DNA of 32,330 bases, taken from positions 1-32,330 of the forward strand of contig WFWK01000073.1 in assembly GCA_015491135.1 (NCBI GenBank), in the 5' to 3' direction. Under the pieces are notes generated by a model, which saw only the letters and a program-made list of their open reading frames with translations, made no database searches and was not told where the DNA came from. Shown piece by piece: positions 7,330 to 17,263 of this stretch. A program made the position numbers and the translations under genes. Position 1 is the stretch's first letter, and each line of letters starts with the position of its first letter. The DNA comes from Patescibacteria group bacterium. Its GTDB lineage: Bacteria > Patescibacteriota > Minisyncoccia > Phycocordibacterales > UBA2100.

Positions 7330-8953
7330 AGTTTGCCTCCAACTCTTTTAGCTCTTTTTGCAATTGAGCAATCTCTGCCAACAGAGTCTCTTCATTTTCA
7401 GGAGAAACTCGCAATTGTTGAGCTTTTTGTAAAAGACTTTCTTTAATCTGCGAGATTTTCAATATTCTTATGTACTCGGCCAAATCATCTTGGGCTTGCT
7501 TTTTGTTGCTATAGCGTTCCTCCAGTAAAAGCCAATCCGTCTCTTTTATCTCAACATCACCCACTCCCGCAATCTCCTGCAGAAAACTTAGAGCCTCTTT
7601 ATCTTGTACCCAATCTGCCAACATCAACGCCTTCTTTAGCAGATCAAACTCATCAAAAGCGGGAGGTTTTTTGTTTTGCAAAATTACAGCTTCTTCTTGT
7701 GTTGCCTTTAAACTAAAAGTTTCTCTGACAGACTCCGGAGAGACAGACAACTTATCGGCTATCATGTTTATAAAATAATCCTGCTCAACTTTATCAAGAT
7801 ATTGTAAAAACTCGGGTATCTCTTTTGAGACCGACTTTAAAGCATCATAACCCTTACGACTTGAGAGTATATCACTCAACAAAAACTCTATTATCGGCAA
7901 AGCGTTTTTAACCGTTTTTTTAAATTCGCTCGCTCCTTTTTTTACTATAAGATCGGCCGGGTCATATCCTTCCGGCAAAGGAGCAACTTTAACTGTAAAC
8001 CCCGCTTTCAGCGCTTCTTTTGATGCTTTTTTGAGTGCTGAGACTCCGGCGCTGTCTCTGTCTAGCGCAAAAAGGATGTTGTCGGTTACCCTTTTTATTG
8101 TCTTGAGGTGAGATTGGGTAACGGCGGTTCCGGAAAATGCAATCGTGTTTGTAAACCCGGCTTGAAAAGCCAAAACCACATCCAACTGCCCCTCCACCAC
8201 CAAAGCAAAATTAAATTTTCTGATATTCATCTTGGCCAGAGAAAAGCCGAAAAGAGTATCAGATTTCACAAAAACATCGGTCTCGGGAGAGTTTATATAT
8301 TTGCCGGTCTTGCCATCATCATACTCGGGTAATACTCTCCCGCTGAAAGCTATTGTCTGCCCTGTTGCGCTGTAGATTGGAAACATAATACGCCCTCTGA
8401 ACCTGTCATAGATTTTCTCGGATTTAACAACCATTCCGCTTTTTATAATCTCATTCTCTTTAAAACCTAAGGAAAGCAAGTGTTTCAAAAGGGCATCCCA
8501 ACTGTTTGGAGCAAATCCGATTTCAAATTTGGCAACCATCTCTGAGGATACTCCTCGCTGTTTTAAATACTCAATAGCTTGTTTGTTTTTTGTCAGCTCT
8601 CTTTGGTAGAACTTTTTAGACTCTGAAAGAATTTCGTAAATTTTTTCATTTTTATCCGCTCTTTTAAAAGATTGGTTTTTAACCTCTACTCCCGCCTCTT
8701 GCGCCAACTGCAAAAGAGCTTCCTTGAAAGAAAGCCCTTCCATCTCTTGAAGAAAAGTGAAAATATCTCCACTTTTGCCACAACCAAAACAATGAAAAAT
8801 CTGTCTCTCCGGAGAGACCATAAAACTGGGAGTTTTCTCAGAATGAAATGGGCACAAGGCTTTTAAATTTTTGCCTGCCGGCTTTAGATTTACATACTTG
8901 GAAACCAAATCTTCAATTGAAATTTTACTCTTTATTTCAGATATCGCGTCCAT
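7322..8953 (-). CDS. dnaG: DNA primase
   Basis: The CHC2 zinc finger is CPFHSEKTPSFMVSPERQIFHCFGCGKSGD and the Toprim motif is VVEGQLDV. The start is set at MDAISEIK (ATG 8953). Confidence 0.92.
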   Translation of the reverse strand: MDAISEIKSKISIEDLVSKYVNLKPAGKNLKALCPFHSEKTPSFMVSPERQIFHCFGCGKSGDIFTFLQEMEGLSFKEALLQLAQEAGVEVKNQSFKRADKNEKIYEILSESKKFYQRELTKNKQAIEYLKQRGVSSEMVAKFEIGFAPNSWDALLKHLLSLGFKENEIIKSGMVVKSEKIYDRFRGRIMFPIYSATGQTIAFSGRVLPEYDDGKTGKYINSPETDVFVKSDTLFGFSLAKMNIRKFNFALVVEGQLDVVLAFQAGFTNTIAFSGTAVTQSHLKTIKRVTDNILFALDRDSAGVSALKKASKEALKAGFTVKVAPLPEGYDPADLIVKKGASEFKKTVKNALPIIEFLLSDILSSRKGYDALKSVSKEIPEFLQYLDKVEQDYFINMIADKLSVSPESVRETFSLKATQEEAVILQNKKPPAFDEFDLLKKALMLADWVQDKEALSFLQEIAGVGDVEIKETDWLLLEERYSNKKQAQDDLAEYIRILKISQIKESLLQKAQQLRVSPENEETLLAEIAQLQKELKELEANST

Positions 8954-9133
8954 TTTTAAATTGTAAATCAAAACAATACTTAAAACAAACATCGTTGCGG
9001 TTCAAAGACAAACACCAGCAAAAAGCGCCACCCGGTCCGACAATCACATCAAGCAGTGGCACTTTACTCCTCGCAAAAAACGTGCTAGTAAGTAAGCAGA
9101 TGAGATGTAAAAAAGCAAGCGGAGGATTCTGTA

Positions 9134-9394
9134 ATGACCTCTCTTTTGTCCATCAAGAAACTGGCCGATCGCGCCACATCATACATGCGCACCGGTCAGG
9201 CAACCTCCTATCCATCCGCTGCGCGCAAGGCGATTCACGCGGAGGGTATCACTTACGAGCCAGATGTCAAACGGCTCGTCAAAGAGGTGTGCGCAGAGCT
9301 TGGCAGACGCGGTGCTCAAGCAAAAAAACGCAAACAATCCAAAAAAACCAAGCCAGCCCACAACCCTAAACAGCTCCTTCTTCCACTTAAATGA
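9134..9394 (+). CDS. Hypothetical small basic protein (86 aa), G+C-rich
   Basis: A GGAGGA RBS lies 7 nt upstream of the ATG. A perfect 10-bp terminator hairpin overlaps the stop codon. The C-terminal half is Lys/Arg-rich and ends KQLLLPLK. A hand count of 9181-9240 gives 37/60 G+C. Confidence 0.55.
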   Translation: MTSLLSIKKLADRATSYMRTGQATSYPSAARKAIHAEGITYEPDVKRLVKEVCAELGRRGAQAKKRKQSKKTKPAHNPKQLLLPLK

Positions 9395-9414
9395 CCACCC
9401 TTACGGGTGGTCAT
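9391..9414 (+). terminator. Rho-independent terminator
   Basis: ATGACCACCC pairs with GGGTGGTCAT (10 bp) around a TTAC loop, followed by TTTTAAT. Confidence 0.7.
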
Positions 9415-9429
9415 TTTAATGTTAAAAAC

Positions 9430-9451
9430 AAAAGCCCCTTGCGGGGCTTTT
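9430..9451 (-). terminator. Rho-independent terminator of rpoC
   Basis: AAAAGCCCC-TTGC-GGGGCTTTT lies immediately after the rpoC stop. A T-run follows on the - strand. Confidence 0.75.
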
Positions 9452-9453
9452 GT

Positions 9454-12400
9454 TTACTCTTTACTCATTTCGTTTACCTGCTTGTGTAGATCTTCTATAA
9501 GCTTTTCTTTCTTACTTCCTTTAAATCCTGTTCCCGCCGGAATTATGCGTCCTACAATGACGTTTTCACTTAATCCGCGCAAATGATCAACTGCTCCGCG
9601 AATAGCAGACTCGGTAAGTTTTCTGGTTGTGCTTTGGAATGAAGCGGCGGAAAGCCAACTGTCACGAGTGAGTGCGGTTTCGGTAATACCGGTTACAAGC
9701 TCTTTTGCCTTTGCGGGTTCTCCCCCTTCAAGTTTTACCCTTTCATTTTCTTTCTCAAGCACTTGCGCTTCAACTACCTGTCCAACGGTAAATCTTGTAT
9801 CTCCCCTTGAGACAATTTTCCTTCTTGAGAACATTTGACGAACAACAACCTCAAGGTGTTTCCTGGCAATAGAGACACCTTGCAGCTCATAAATCTTTGT
9901 AACTTCGCTTATTATGTACTCTTGAGTTGCTTCTTTGCCGGCATAGACAAACAACTCTTGCAAATCAGCAGATCCGTCTGTCAAAAACTGCCCCTTAACC
10001 ACCGCTTGGCCTTTTTTCACGATAACACGCCTTACAGGTGAGATTTTGTACTCCAGTTCACGCTTTTTGGCGTTTTTAGAAGACCCCTCAGGTATGATAG
10101 TCAGCAGAGTCCCCTCTTCTGTCTCTTGTATCTCTCCTACAACTCCGTCTATTCTGGCAATGACTGCGGGGGTTTTCGGAGTTCTGTTGTCAAATATTTC
10201 CTCAACACGAGGCAAACCTTGAGTCACGTCTCCTCCAACCTTTGCCGCACCACCGGCGTGTTTCGTATTCATAGTAAGCTGAGTTCCCGGCTCACCTATG
10301 GCTTGCGCGGCAACCGTACCAACAGCTTCACCCACGTCTATAAGTTCGTTTGTGGTAAGGTCCATTCCGTAACACTTCTGACACAAACCGTAAGAAGTCT
10401 TACATGTCATAGGAGAGTAAACCGCAACCTCTTCAACCTTTTTAGCTTCTATCTCTTGCGCCTCTTTTGAGGTTATCATGTTACCCTTTTTAACTATCAC
10501 CTCACCATCTGCAGAGACAACATCTTTTGCGGCAATTCTACCCTTTGCGTTTTTGCCCAGGTTAACTTCCATCCCTAAATCATTTGTTCGCTTCAGAGTT
10601 GTAAATGAAGTTGTGCCACAATCACTCTCCGTGATAACGACTTCTTGAGCAACGTTGAAAAGCCTTCTGGTTAGATATCCGGCTTGAGCCGTCTTAAGAG
10701 CGGTGTCGGCCAAACCTTTTCTGGAACCGTGAGTTGTAATAAAGTATTCAGTTGGCGTCATACCTTCTTTGTAGGAAGTGATAACCGGTGTCTCAATAAT
10801 GTCTCCTTTAGGGTTTTGGATCAAACCTTTCATACCAATCATCTGGGTCAGCTGACCAACAGAACCCCTTGCTCCGGAGACTATCATATCACTTACCGAA
10901 CCGTTAGGATCAACTGCATCGGCAACGAGAGATTCTATCTCAACCTTGGCTTCTTGCCACAGCTCAATTACCATTCTGCGTTTTTCCTCAAGTGAGATCA
11001 AACCTTCGTTGTACTGTTCATTAAGTTCTGAGACGGCTTTCTGAGTTCTCTCTATTATTTCTTTTTTCTTCTCAGGTATTTTAAGGTCGGTAATCGCCCA
11101 GGTTATACCGGCTACGGTTGAATACTTAAATCCAAAAGCTTTTATTCTGTCCAAAATATCAGGCAAAGCATCCAATCCGTATTTCTCTATCAACTCGTCA
11201 ACTATTTTTGCCATCTTTTTCCTGTCAACAACTTCGTTTATGAAAGGAAAATCATTTGGCAAAACGGAGTTAAACAAAAGCCTACCTACCGTGGTTTCAA
11301 AAAGTTGTCCTTCAAAACGAGCGTATTTCTCATGCTCTCCGGGTAGAACTTTAATTTTGGCTCTAAAGTCCACTACACCGTAGTCATATGCACCTATAGC
11401 TGCGTTTGTTGACTCAAATACACGCCCTTCTCCTTTTGCTCCTTCTATCTCTTTGGTCATCCAGTAGATTCCCAAAATCATGTCTTGACGAGCGTTGGTT
11501 GTAACCTCTCCGCTTCCGGGTTTTAAGATGTTCTTGCGACTTGTCATTATCTCCCTCGCTTCAAGTTGAGCTTCATCGGAAATAGGTACATGAACGGCCA
11601 TCATGTCTCCGTCAAAGTCGGCGTTGTAAGCTTCACAAACAAGCGGGTGAATTTGAATAGCATTACCCTCAATCAAAACTGGCCTAAACGCTTGGATACT
11701 TTGTCTGTGCAAAGTTGGCGCACGGTTTAGAAGAACATATTTGTCTTTGATAACTTCTTCCAAAATTGCCCACACTTCCGGAATTCCTTCTTCTATCAAC
11801 CTGTTTGCTCCTCTTATGTTGAACGCCAATTCTCTTTGCAAAAGTCCGGCTATAACAAACGGCCTGAAAAGCTCAAGCGCCATATGCTTGGGCAAACCAC
11901 ACTGGTCAAGTTGCAAATCCGGACCGATAACAATCACACTGCGGGCCGAGTAATCAACACGCTTACCAAGCAAGTTTTGACGGAAATATCCTTGTTTACC
12001 TTTCAGATAATCCGCCAAAGATTTCAATGGTCTTTTGCGCTGTCCTCCTATTGAGAATGCCGTATTTCCCCTGCGGATAGAGTTGTCAAGCAGAGCATCA
12101 ACGGCTTCTTGCAATATTCTTTTCTCGTTTCTCAAAATAACATCCGGGGCGTGAATTGCTTGAAGTTTCTTAAGACGATTGTTTCTGTTTATGACGCGTC
12201 TGTAAAGGTCGTTAATATCGGATGAGGCATGTCTTCCTCCTTCAAGCGCAACCATCGGACGCAAAGCCGGCGGTATAACCGGAAGTTGAGTCAAAAACAT
12301 CCACTCCGGTTTAATTCCCGCTTCTATCATTTGATCAACCAAAGCGATGCGTTTTTGCAATTTGTCTTTCTCGGCGGTGGAAGCTTTTTGATATGCTTTG

Positions 12401-13119
12401 TGCAAAGCCTCGCTTAGTTTGTGCAAATCTATATTTTGGAAAATTTCATACAAAGCCTCCGCTCCCACCTTGGCCTCAAACATTGAACCGTACTTCAAAG
12501 AGAATTTGTGATATTGATTCTCATCCAAAACTGCATGAACTTTTATACTCTCTATCTCTTTTTTCGCTTCTTGAGCCAACTCTTTGAGTTTCTCTTTGGT
12601 TTTTTCATCTTTCGCTTCGGAGACCTTGGCTTTAAACTCGCTTTCCAAATCTTTCAAAAGCTCAGCTCGCGCATTGTCATCAACCGAGGTTACAATGTAA
12701 CCGGCAAAGTAGACAACCTTTTCAACTGCAGCTGCTGACATTCCCAAAAGCAGAGCTATTCTTGAAGGAATACCGCGCAAAAACCAAATATGAGCAACCG
12801 GAGATGCAAGTGTGATGTGCCCCATTCTCTCACGTCTTACAACACTGCGAGTTACCTCAACCCCACATTTTTCACAAACAATACCTTTAAACCTTATTCC
12901 GCGGTACTTACCACAGTAACACTCAAAATCTCTCTCGGGACCAAATATTTTCTCGTCAAACAAACCGTTTTTCTCCGGTCTTTGAGTTCTGTAGTTGATT
13001 GTCTCCGGCTTTATAACTTCACCGTGACTCCAACTTAAAATGTCCTCCGGTGAAGCCAACGCTATTTTGACAGCGTCAAAATCTGCAGGAAGCGAGTCTT
13101 TGTTTTTACGATTTGCCAT
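9454..13119 (-). CDS. rpoC: DNA-directed RNA polymerase subunit beta'
   Basis: The catalytic motif NADFDGDMMAVH is present, with an N-terminal zinc-binding CxC...CxxC. It is 1221 aa and lies directly downstream of rpoB. Confidence 0.98.
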   Translation of the reverse strand: MANRKNKDSLPADFDAVKIALASPEDILSWSHGEVIKPETINYRTQRPEKNGLFDEKIFGPERDFECYCGKYRGIRFKGIVCEKCGVEVTRSVVRRERMGHITLASPVAHIWFLRGIPSRIALLLGMSAAAVEKVVYFAGYIVTSVDDNARAELLKDLESEFKAKVSEAKDEKTKEKLKELAQEAKKEIESIKVHAVLDENQYHKFSLKYGSMFEAKVGAEALYEIFQNIDLHKLSEALHKAYQKASTAEKDKLQKRIALVDQMIEAGIKPEWMFLTQLPVIPPALRPMVALEGGRHASSDINDLYRRVINRNNRLKKLQAIHAPDVILRNEKRILQEAVDALLDNSIRRGNTAFSIGGQRKRPLKSLADYLKGKQGYFRQNLLGKRVDYSARSVIVIGPDLQLDQCGLPKHMALELFRPFVIAGLLQRELAFNIRGANRLIEEGIPEVWAILEEVIKDKYVLLNRAPTLHRQSIQAFRPVLIEGNAIQIHPLVCEAYNADFDGDMMAVHVPISDEAQLEAREIMTSRKNILKPGSGEVTTNARQDMILGIYWMTKEIEGAKGEGRVFESTNAAIGAYDYGVVDFRAKIKVLPGEHEKYARFEGQLFETTVGRLLFNSVLPNDFPFINEVVDRKKMAKIVDELIEKYGLDALPDILDRIKAFGFKYSTVAGITWAITDLKIPEKKKEIIERTQKAVSELNEQYNEGLISLEEKRRMVIELWQEAKVEIESLVADAVDPNGSVSDMIVSGARGSVGQLTQMIGMKGLIQNPKGDIIETPVITSYKEGMTPTEYFITTHGSRKGLADTALKTAQAGYLTRRLFNVAQEVVITESDCGTTSFTTLKRTNDLGMEVNLGKNAKGRIAAKDVVSADGEVIVKKGNMITSKEAQEIEAKKVEEVAVYSPMTCKTSYGLCQKCYGMDLTTNELIDVGEAVGTVAAQAIGEPGTQLTMNTKHAGGAAKVGGDVTQGLPRVEEIFDNRTPKTPAVIARIDGVVGEIQETEEGTLLTIIPEGSSKNAKKRELEYKISPVRRVIVKKGQAVVKGQFLTDGSADLQELFVYAGKEATQEYIISEVTKIYELQGVSIARKHLEVVVRQMFSRRKIVSRGDTRFTVGQVVEAQVLEKENERVKLEGGEPAKAKELVTGITETALTRDSWLSAASFQSTTRKLTESAIRGAVDHLRGLSENVIVGRIIPAGTGFKGSKKEKLIEDLHKQVNEMSKE

Positions 13120-13124
13120 ATTGT

Positions 13125-16100
13125 TTAGTTATTTGCTGATAATCTTTTTAAATCTTTCTCTTTGATAAGTTGCACGTTTAAAGCGAGACCTCTCAGGTGC
13201 CTTACCAGCACGTTAAATGTTGCGGGTGTATTTATCTGAGTTATGCGGTCACCGCGGATAATAGCATCAAACGCCGCGCTACGTCCCAAAACATCGTCTG
13301 ATTTTATGGTTAGTGTCTCACGCAAAGCGTAAGCGGCACCGTAACCCAAGAATGCCCAGACTTCCATCTCTCCCACTCTTTGACCTCCGTTTTGGGCCTT
13401 TCCACCCAACGGTTGCTGAGTTGTAATTGAGTAAGGTCCGATTGAGCGCATGTGAATTTTATCTTCAACCATGTGATGCAACTTCAATATGTACATATTT
13501 CCAATTGCAATAGGTTGGTCAAATTTCTCTCCTGTTCGCCCGTCAAACAAATCCGCTTTACCTGACCTATCAAAACCTGCCTTTTCCAATTCATCAAAAA
13601 TCTCTTCCTCAGTTGTTCCTGAGAACGGAGGAACTATAGCTTGATATCCGAGCATCTCAGCGGCAAGTCCCAGATGCATTTCAAGAATTTGCCCCAAGTT
13701 CATACGTGAAGGAACACCAAGAGGGGTTAATATAATGTCTACAGGATCTCCATCTTTTGTAAACGGCATATCCTCCTCCGGCAATATTTTGGATATAACA
13801 CCTTTGTTTCCGTGACGACCGGCGAGCTTGTCTCCGACAGAAAGATTTCTAAGTTGAGCCACTTCAACATGAATTCTTTTTATAATTCCGGATTCAAGCT
13901 GATCACCGTTTTCTCTTGAAAATACGCGAACTCTTACCACGCGACCCTTTTTACCTGCAGGCATTCTAAGTGAAGTGTCTTTTACATCCTTGGCCTTATC
14001 ACCAAAGATTGAGCGCAAAAGACGCTCCTCGGGAGTAAGTTGTGTTTCTCCTTTGGGTGTAACTTTACCAACCAAAATATCTCCCGGTCCAACCTCGGCA
14101 CCTATTCTGATAATTCCGTCTTCATCCAAGTTGCGCAATTTTGCCTCACTTACATTTGGAATGTCATGAGTTGTAACCTCGGGTCCAAGCTTTGAATCTC
14201 TCACGTAGCAGACAAACTCTTCCATGTGAATTGAAGTAAACTTGGAACGCTTTACAAGCCTTTCGGAAACAATAATAGCGTCCTCATAGTTGGCACCAGA
14301 CCAAGACATAAACGCTACACGCACATTTTGTCCCAAAGCAACCTGACCCTTATCAGACGATGAAGTGTCAGCCAAAACATCGCCAACTTTTACTTTATCT
14401 CCAACATTTACCACGGCTCTATGGTGGAAAACGGACATATTGTTTGTGCGAGCAAAGTTTACAAGTTTGTAATCATGCTCTTTTCCTTGTTTATCCTTGA
14501 TAGTTATTCTGCGAGCATCAACGTAGGAAACTTCTCCCGAGTGTTCAGCTATAACAAGTCTTCCGGAGTCTCTTGCCGCTTCTTCTTCTATTCCGGTTGC
14601 AACCAGCGGAGCCTCCGGAATAATACATGGAGTTGCCTGCTTCTGCATGTTTGAACCCATAAGCGCGCGGTTTGCGTCATCGTGCTCCAAAAACGGTATC
14701 ATTGTGGTTGCAACAGAGAACGCTTGTCTTGTATCAACTTCTATCAAATCAACTTCTTTGGCAGAGACAAACATGGGCTCTCCTTTGTATCTAACTTCCA
14801 CAACATCCTCTACTATCTTGCCGTTTTTGTCAGTTTGTGTAGCCGCGTGAGTTATTTTGTATTTCTCTTCCTCGTGTGCGTTAAGGTAGACTATTTCATC
14901 TGTTACTTTACCGTTTTTTACTTTCGCGTAAGGGGTTTCAATCAAACCAAATTCATTAACGCGCGCATGTACGGTCAAACGTAAAATCAAACCAATGTTT
15001 TGACCTTCGGGAGTTTGAATAGGACAGAGCCTTCCGTAGTGACTTGGGTGTACATCACGCACCTCAAAACCCGCTCTTTCACGAGTCAAACCTCCCGGAC
15101 CCAAAGCCGAAAGAGTTCTCAGGTGCTCAAGCTCACCTAAAATATTGTTTTGATCCATAAATTGAGAAAGCTGATTGGTTGAGAAAAACTCAAGAATGGA
15201 AGCTGCAAATGGTCTCGGGTTCAACAATTGAACCGGTAGTGTTGTATCCGGGTCAATTGTAGACATCCTGTCTTGAATGTTTCTTTTCATCCTTGACATT
15301 CCGACCCTCATTTGTTGTTTGAGCATCTCACCGACATAGCGAACTCTTCTGAAGCCAAGATGGTCAATATCGTCAGGTTGCGCTTCTTTTGAAGTTGAAA
15401 GCTCAACCAGATAAGAGATAATTTGGATCAAATCTTCAATTGAAAGTGTTGTGTTCTGTAGCGCTTTCTCATCTGTAGAAAGAGAGAATCTTTTGTTAAA
15501 GTGATAACGTCCCACTTTTGAAAGGTCGTATCTTTCTTCCGTAAACAAATTATCTACAAACTCCTTGGCATTCTCCGGGGTTGCCAAGTCCCCATCACGC
15601 AAGCGACGGTAAATCTCCAAATATGCATCTTTTACGTCTTTTGCATGATCAACTTCAAGTGTGCGTTTTATGAACTTAAGCTCCTCTTCTTTTTTAAACG
15701 CCTTTAAAATTGATTTTTCATCTTCCAGCCCGAAAACTTTCAAAAGATAAGTTACTGGGAATTTTCTTTTTCTGTCTATACTTACGTATATTGCTCCGTC
15801 CGGGTCGGTATCTATTTCAACCCACACTCCGCGAGATGGAATTATCTTTGCCGTGTAGTATTCTTTTCCTTTTAATGTATTACTTAAGAAAAACACACCG
15901 TAAGAACGCGCAAGTTGCGGAACTATAACTCTCTCCACTCCGTTTATAATAAAAGTTCCGTGCTTGGTCATGTACGGAAACTCCGCAAGAGATATTTCTT
16001 GTGTCTTTTTCTCTCCGGTTATTTTGTTGTGCAAAGTAGCTTGGACAGAAAGAGGAATACTGTATGTAAGCTTCTTGTATTTTGCGTAATGCTCATCAAA

Positions 16101-16316
16101 CTCCGGTTTACCGAAAATAAACTTTGAAATATCCAAAGAAAACTTCTTGCCGGTGTAATCCTCTATTGGAGAAAATTCTTTAAAAATTTCTTTGACACCT
16201 TCTTCTATCAAAAGTTGAAAAGATTTTTTCTGCTCCCTGACCAAATCAGGAATTTCCACCAAAGGTGGACGCAGTTTTCCAAATTGCCTTTTGGATAAGG
16301 TTTGCTCTTTACTCAT
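13125..16316 (-). CDS. rpoB: DNA-directed RNA polymerase subunit beta
   Basis: Conserved blocks include GEMEVWAFLGYGAAY, NKGVISKILPEEDMPF and PSRMNLGQILE. It is 1063 aa. Confidence 0.98.
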   Translation of the reverse strand: MSKEQTLSKRQFGKLRPPLVEIPDLVREQKKSFQLLIEEGVKEIFKEFSPIEDYTGKKFSLDISKFIFGKPEFDEHYAKYKKLTYSIPLSVQATLHNKITGEKKTQEISLAEFPYMTKHGTFIINGVERVIVPQLARSYGVFFLSNTLKGKEYYTAKIIPSRGVWVEIDTDPDGAIYVSIDRKRKFPVTYLLKVFGLEDEKSILKAFKKEEELKFIKRTLEVDHAKDVKDAYLEIYRRLRDGDLATPENAKEFVDNLFTEERYDLSKVGRYHFNKRFSLSTDEKALQNTTLSIEDLIQIISYLVELSTSKEAQPDDIDHLGFRRVRYVGEMLKQQMRVGMSRMKRNIQDRMSTIDPDTTLPVQLLNPRPFAASILEFFSTNQLSQFMDQNNILGELEHLRTLSALGPGGLTRERAGFEVRDVHPSHYGRLCPIQTPEGQNIGLILRLTVHARVNEFGLIETPYAKVKNGKVTDEIVYLNAHEEEKYKITHAATQTDKNGKIVEDVVEVRYKGEPMFVSAKEVDLIEVDTRQAFSVATTMIPFLEHDDANRALMGSNMQKQATPCIIPEAPLVATGIEEEAARDSGRLVIAEHSGEVSYVDARRITIKDKQGKEHDYKLVNFARTNNMSVFHHRAVVNVGDKVKVGDVLADTSSSDKGQVALGQNVRVAFMSWSGANYEDAIIVSERLVKRSKFTSIHMEEFVCYVRDSKLGPEVTTHDIPNVSEAKLRNLDEDGIIRIGAEVGPGDILVGKVTPKGETQLTPEERLLRSIFGDKAKDVKDTSLRMPAGKKGRVVRVRVFSRENGDQLESGIIKRIHVEVAQLRNLSVGDKLAGRHGNKGVISKILPEEDMPFTKDGDPVDIILTPLGVPSRMNLGQILEMHLGLAAEMLGYQAIVPPFSGTTEEEIFDELEKAGFDRSGKADLFDGRTGEKFDQPIAIGNMYILKLHHMVEDKIHMRSIGPYSITTQQPLGGKAQNGGQRVGEMEVWAFLGYGAAYALRETLTIKSDDVLGRSAAFDAIIRGDRITQINTPATFNVLVRHLRGLALNVQLIKEKDLKRLSANN

Positions 16317-16444
16317 ATTGCAATAAATTACACAAAAAGAAAGCCAAAGTGGCTCTCTTTTGACTTATAACTTATAAAAACTTGTAACAAACGCGTTTGT
16401 CTCTGCGAGCATCCGCAACTCAATCGGTTGCAAAAGACGCACGT

Positions 16445-16472
16445 ATTATACAAGCTCTTTTGCAAAAGTCAA
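16445..16472 (-). promoter_or_regulatory. Candidate sigma-70 promoter for rpoBC
   Basis: On the - strand, TTGACT (16472-16467) is followed by a 16-nt spacer and TATAAT (16450-16445). This lies about 130 nt upstream of the rpoB ATG. Confidence 0.4.
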
Positions 16473-16516
16473 ACAAAAAGTCAAGTTTAAGGTGTGGATA
16501 AGTGTCAATAATTTGT

Positions 16517-17179
16517 TTAGTACTTGGAATTCTCTTTTCTCCATAACTCTATCTTTTTGTGATTCCCCGATTTTAAAACCTCCGGCACTTTATACTCTTT
16601 CCCCTTCCACTTGAGCGTCTCTGGGCGAGTATAAACTTTTGAAGATGCCACTCTTCGCTCTTCAATTGATAGATCGTCTCCCAACACTCCCGGGAGTCTT
16701 CTTGAGATTGCGTCCACCAAAACGGCTGCGGGTAATTCTCCTCCCGAGAGTACATAAGGGCCGATGGAAAATGGTTTGGCATTTAAAATCTCCGGAACCC
16801 GCGCATCTATTCCTTCATAACGCCCACAGAGCATAATCATATGAAAATTTTTAGAGTTTGTCGCTTTATCTGCGTACTCTTGAGCAATTTTGTTGTCAAA
16901 CTGTCTGCCTGAAGGAGTGAAAAATATAAATTCAACATTTCTTTTTCTGCCGGCTGCCGCCTGTGCCGCTTTTAAAAAAGACACCGGCTCCAGCACCATT
17001 CCCGGGCCTCCACCGTAAGGTATACTGTCAACTCTTCTGTGTGGATCATCGGTGTAGTCTCTGGGATTGTAAAAACTCACTGAGATTTTTTTGTTTTTTT
17101 GAGCTCTTCCCAAAATGGAAGATGATAAATATGCAGAAATACTCTCCGGGAAAAGCGTTATTATATGAAAGTTAAGCAT
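16517..17179 (-). CDS. trmD: tRNA (guanine37-N1)-methyltransferase
   Basis: The motifs PYGGGPGMVL and LCGRYEGIDARV are present. It is 220 aa. Confidence 0.95.
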   Translation of the reverse strand: MLNFHIITLFPESISAYLSSSILGRAQKNKKISVSFYNPRDYTDDPHRRVDSIPYGGGPGMVLEPVSFLKAAQAAAGRKRNVEFIFFTPSGRQFDNKIAQEYADKATNSKNFHMIMLCGRYEGIDARVPEILNAKPFSIGPYVLSGGELPAAVLVDAISRRLPGVLGDDLSIEERRVASSKVYTRPETLKWKGKEYKVPEVLKSGNHKKIELWRKENSKY

Positions 17180-17214
17180 GCTAACATATTAGCCGTTTAA
17201 GTTTAAAAATCAAA

Positions 17215-17240
17215 CAAAAAACGCCCGGCGGGCGTTTTTT
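17215..17240 (-). terminator. Hairpin terminator between the KH gene and trmD
   Basis: AAAAAACGCCC-GGC-GGGCGTTTTTT is symmetric, with A/T runs on both sides. Confidence 0.6.
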
Positions 17241-17263
17241 GTGCAAACTCAAAACTTAAAGGA

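Noticed and set aside
8848-9369. 173-aa + strand ORF overlapping the dnaG start and the 86-aa ORF
   Set aside because: It starts antisense inside dnaG and has no RBS. Its Arg/Ser/Gln-rich composition is typical of an off-frame reading of G+C-rich DNA. The 9134 frame has a consensus RBS and a terminator.
9629-16127. Many 60-115-aa ORFs antisense to or out of frame within rpoC and rpoB
   Set aside because: All are nested in two strongly supported long genes. None has an RBS or a recognisable motif.
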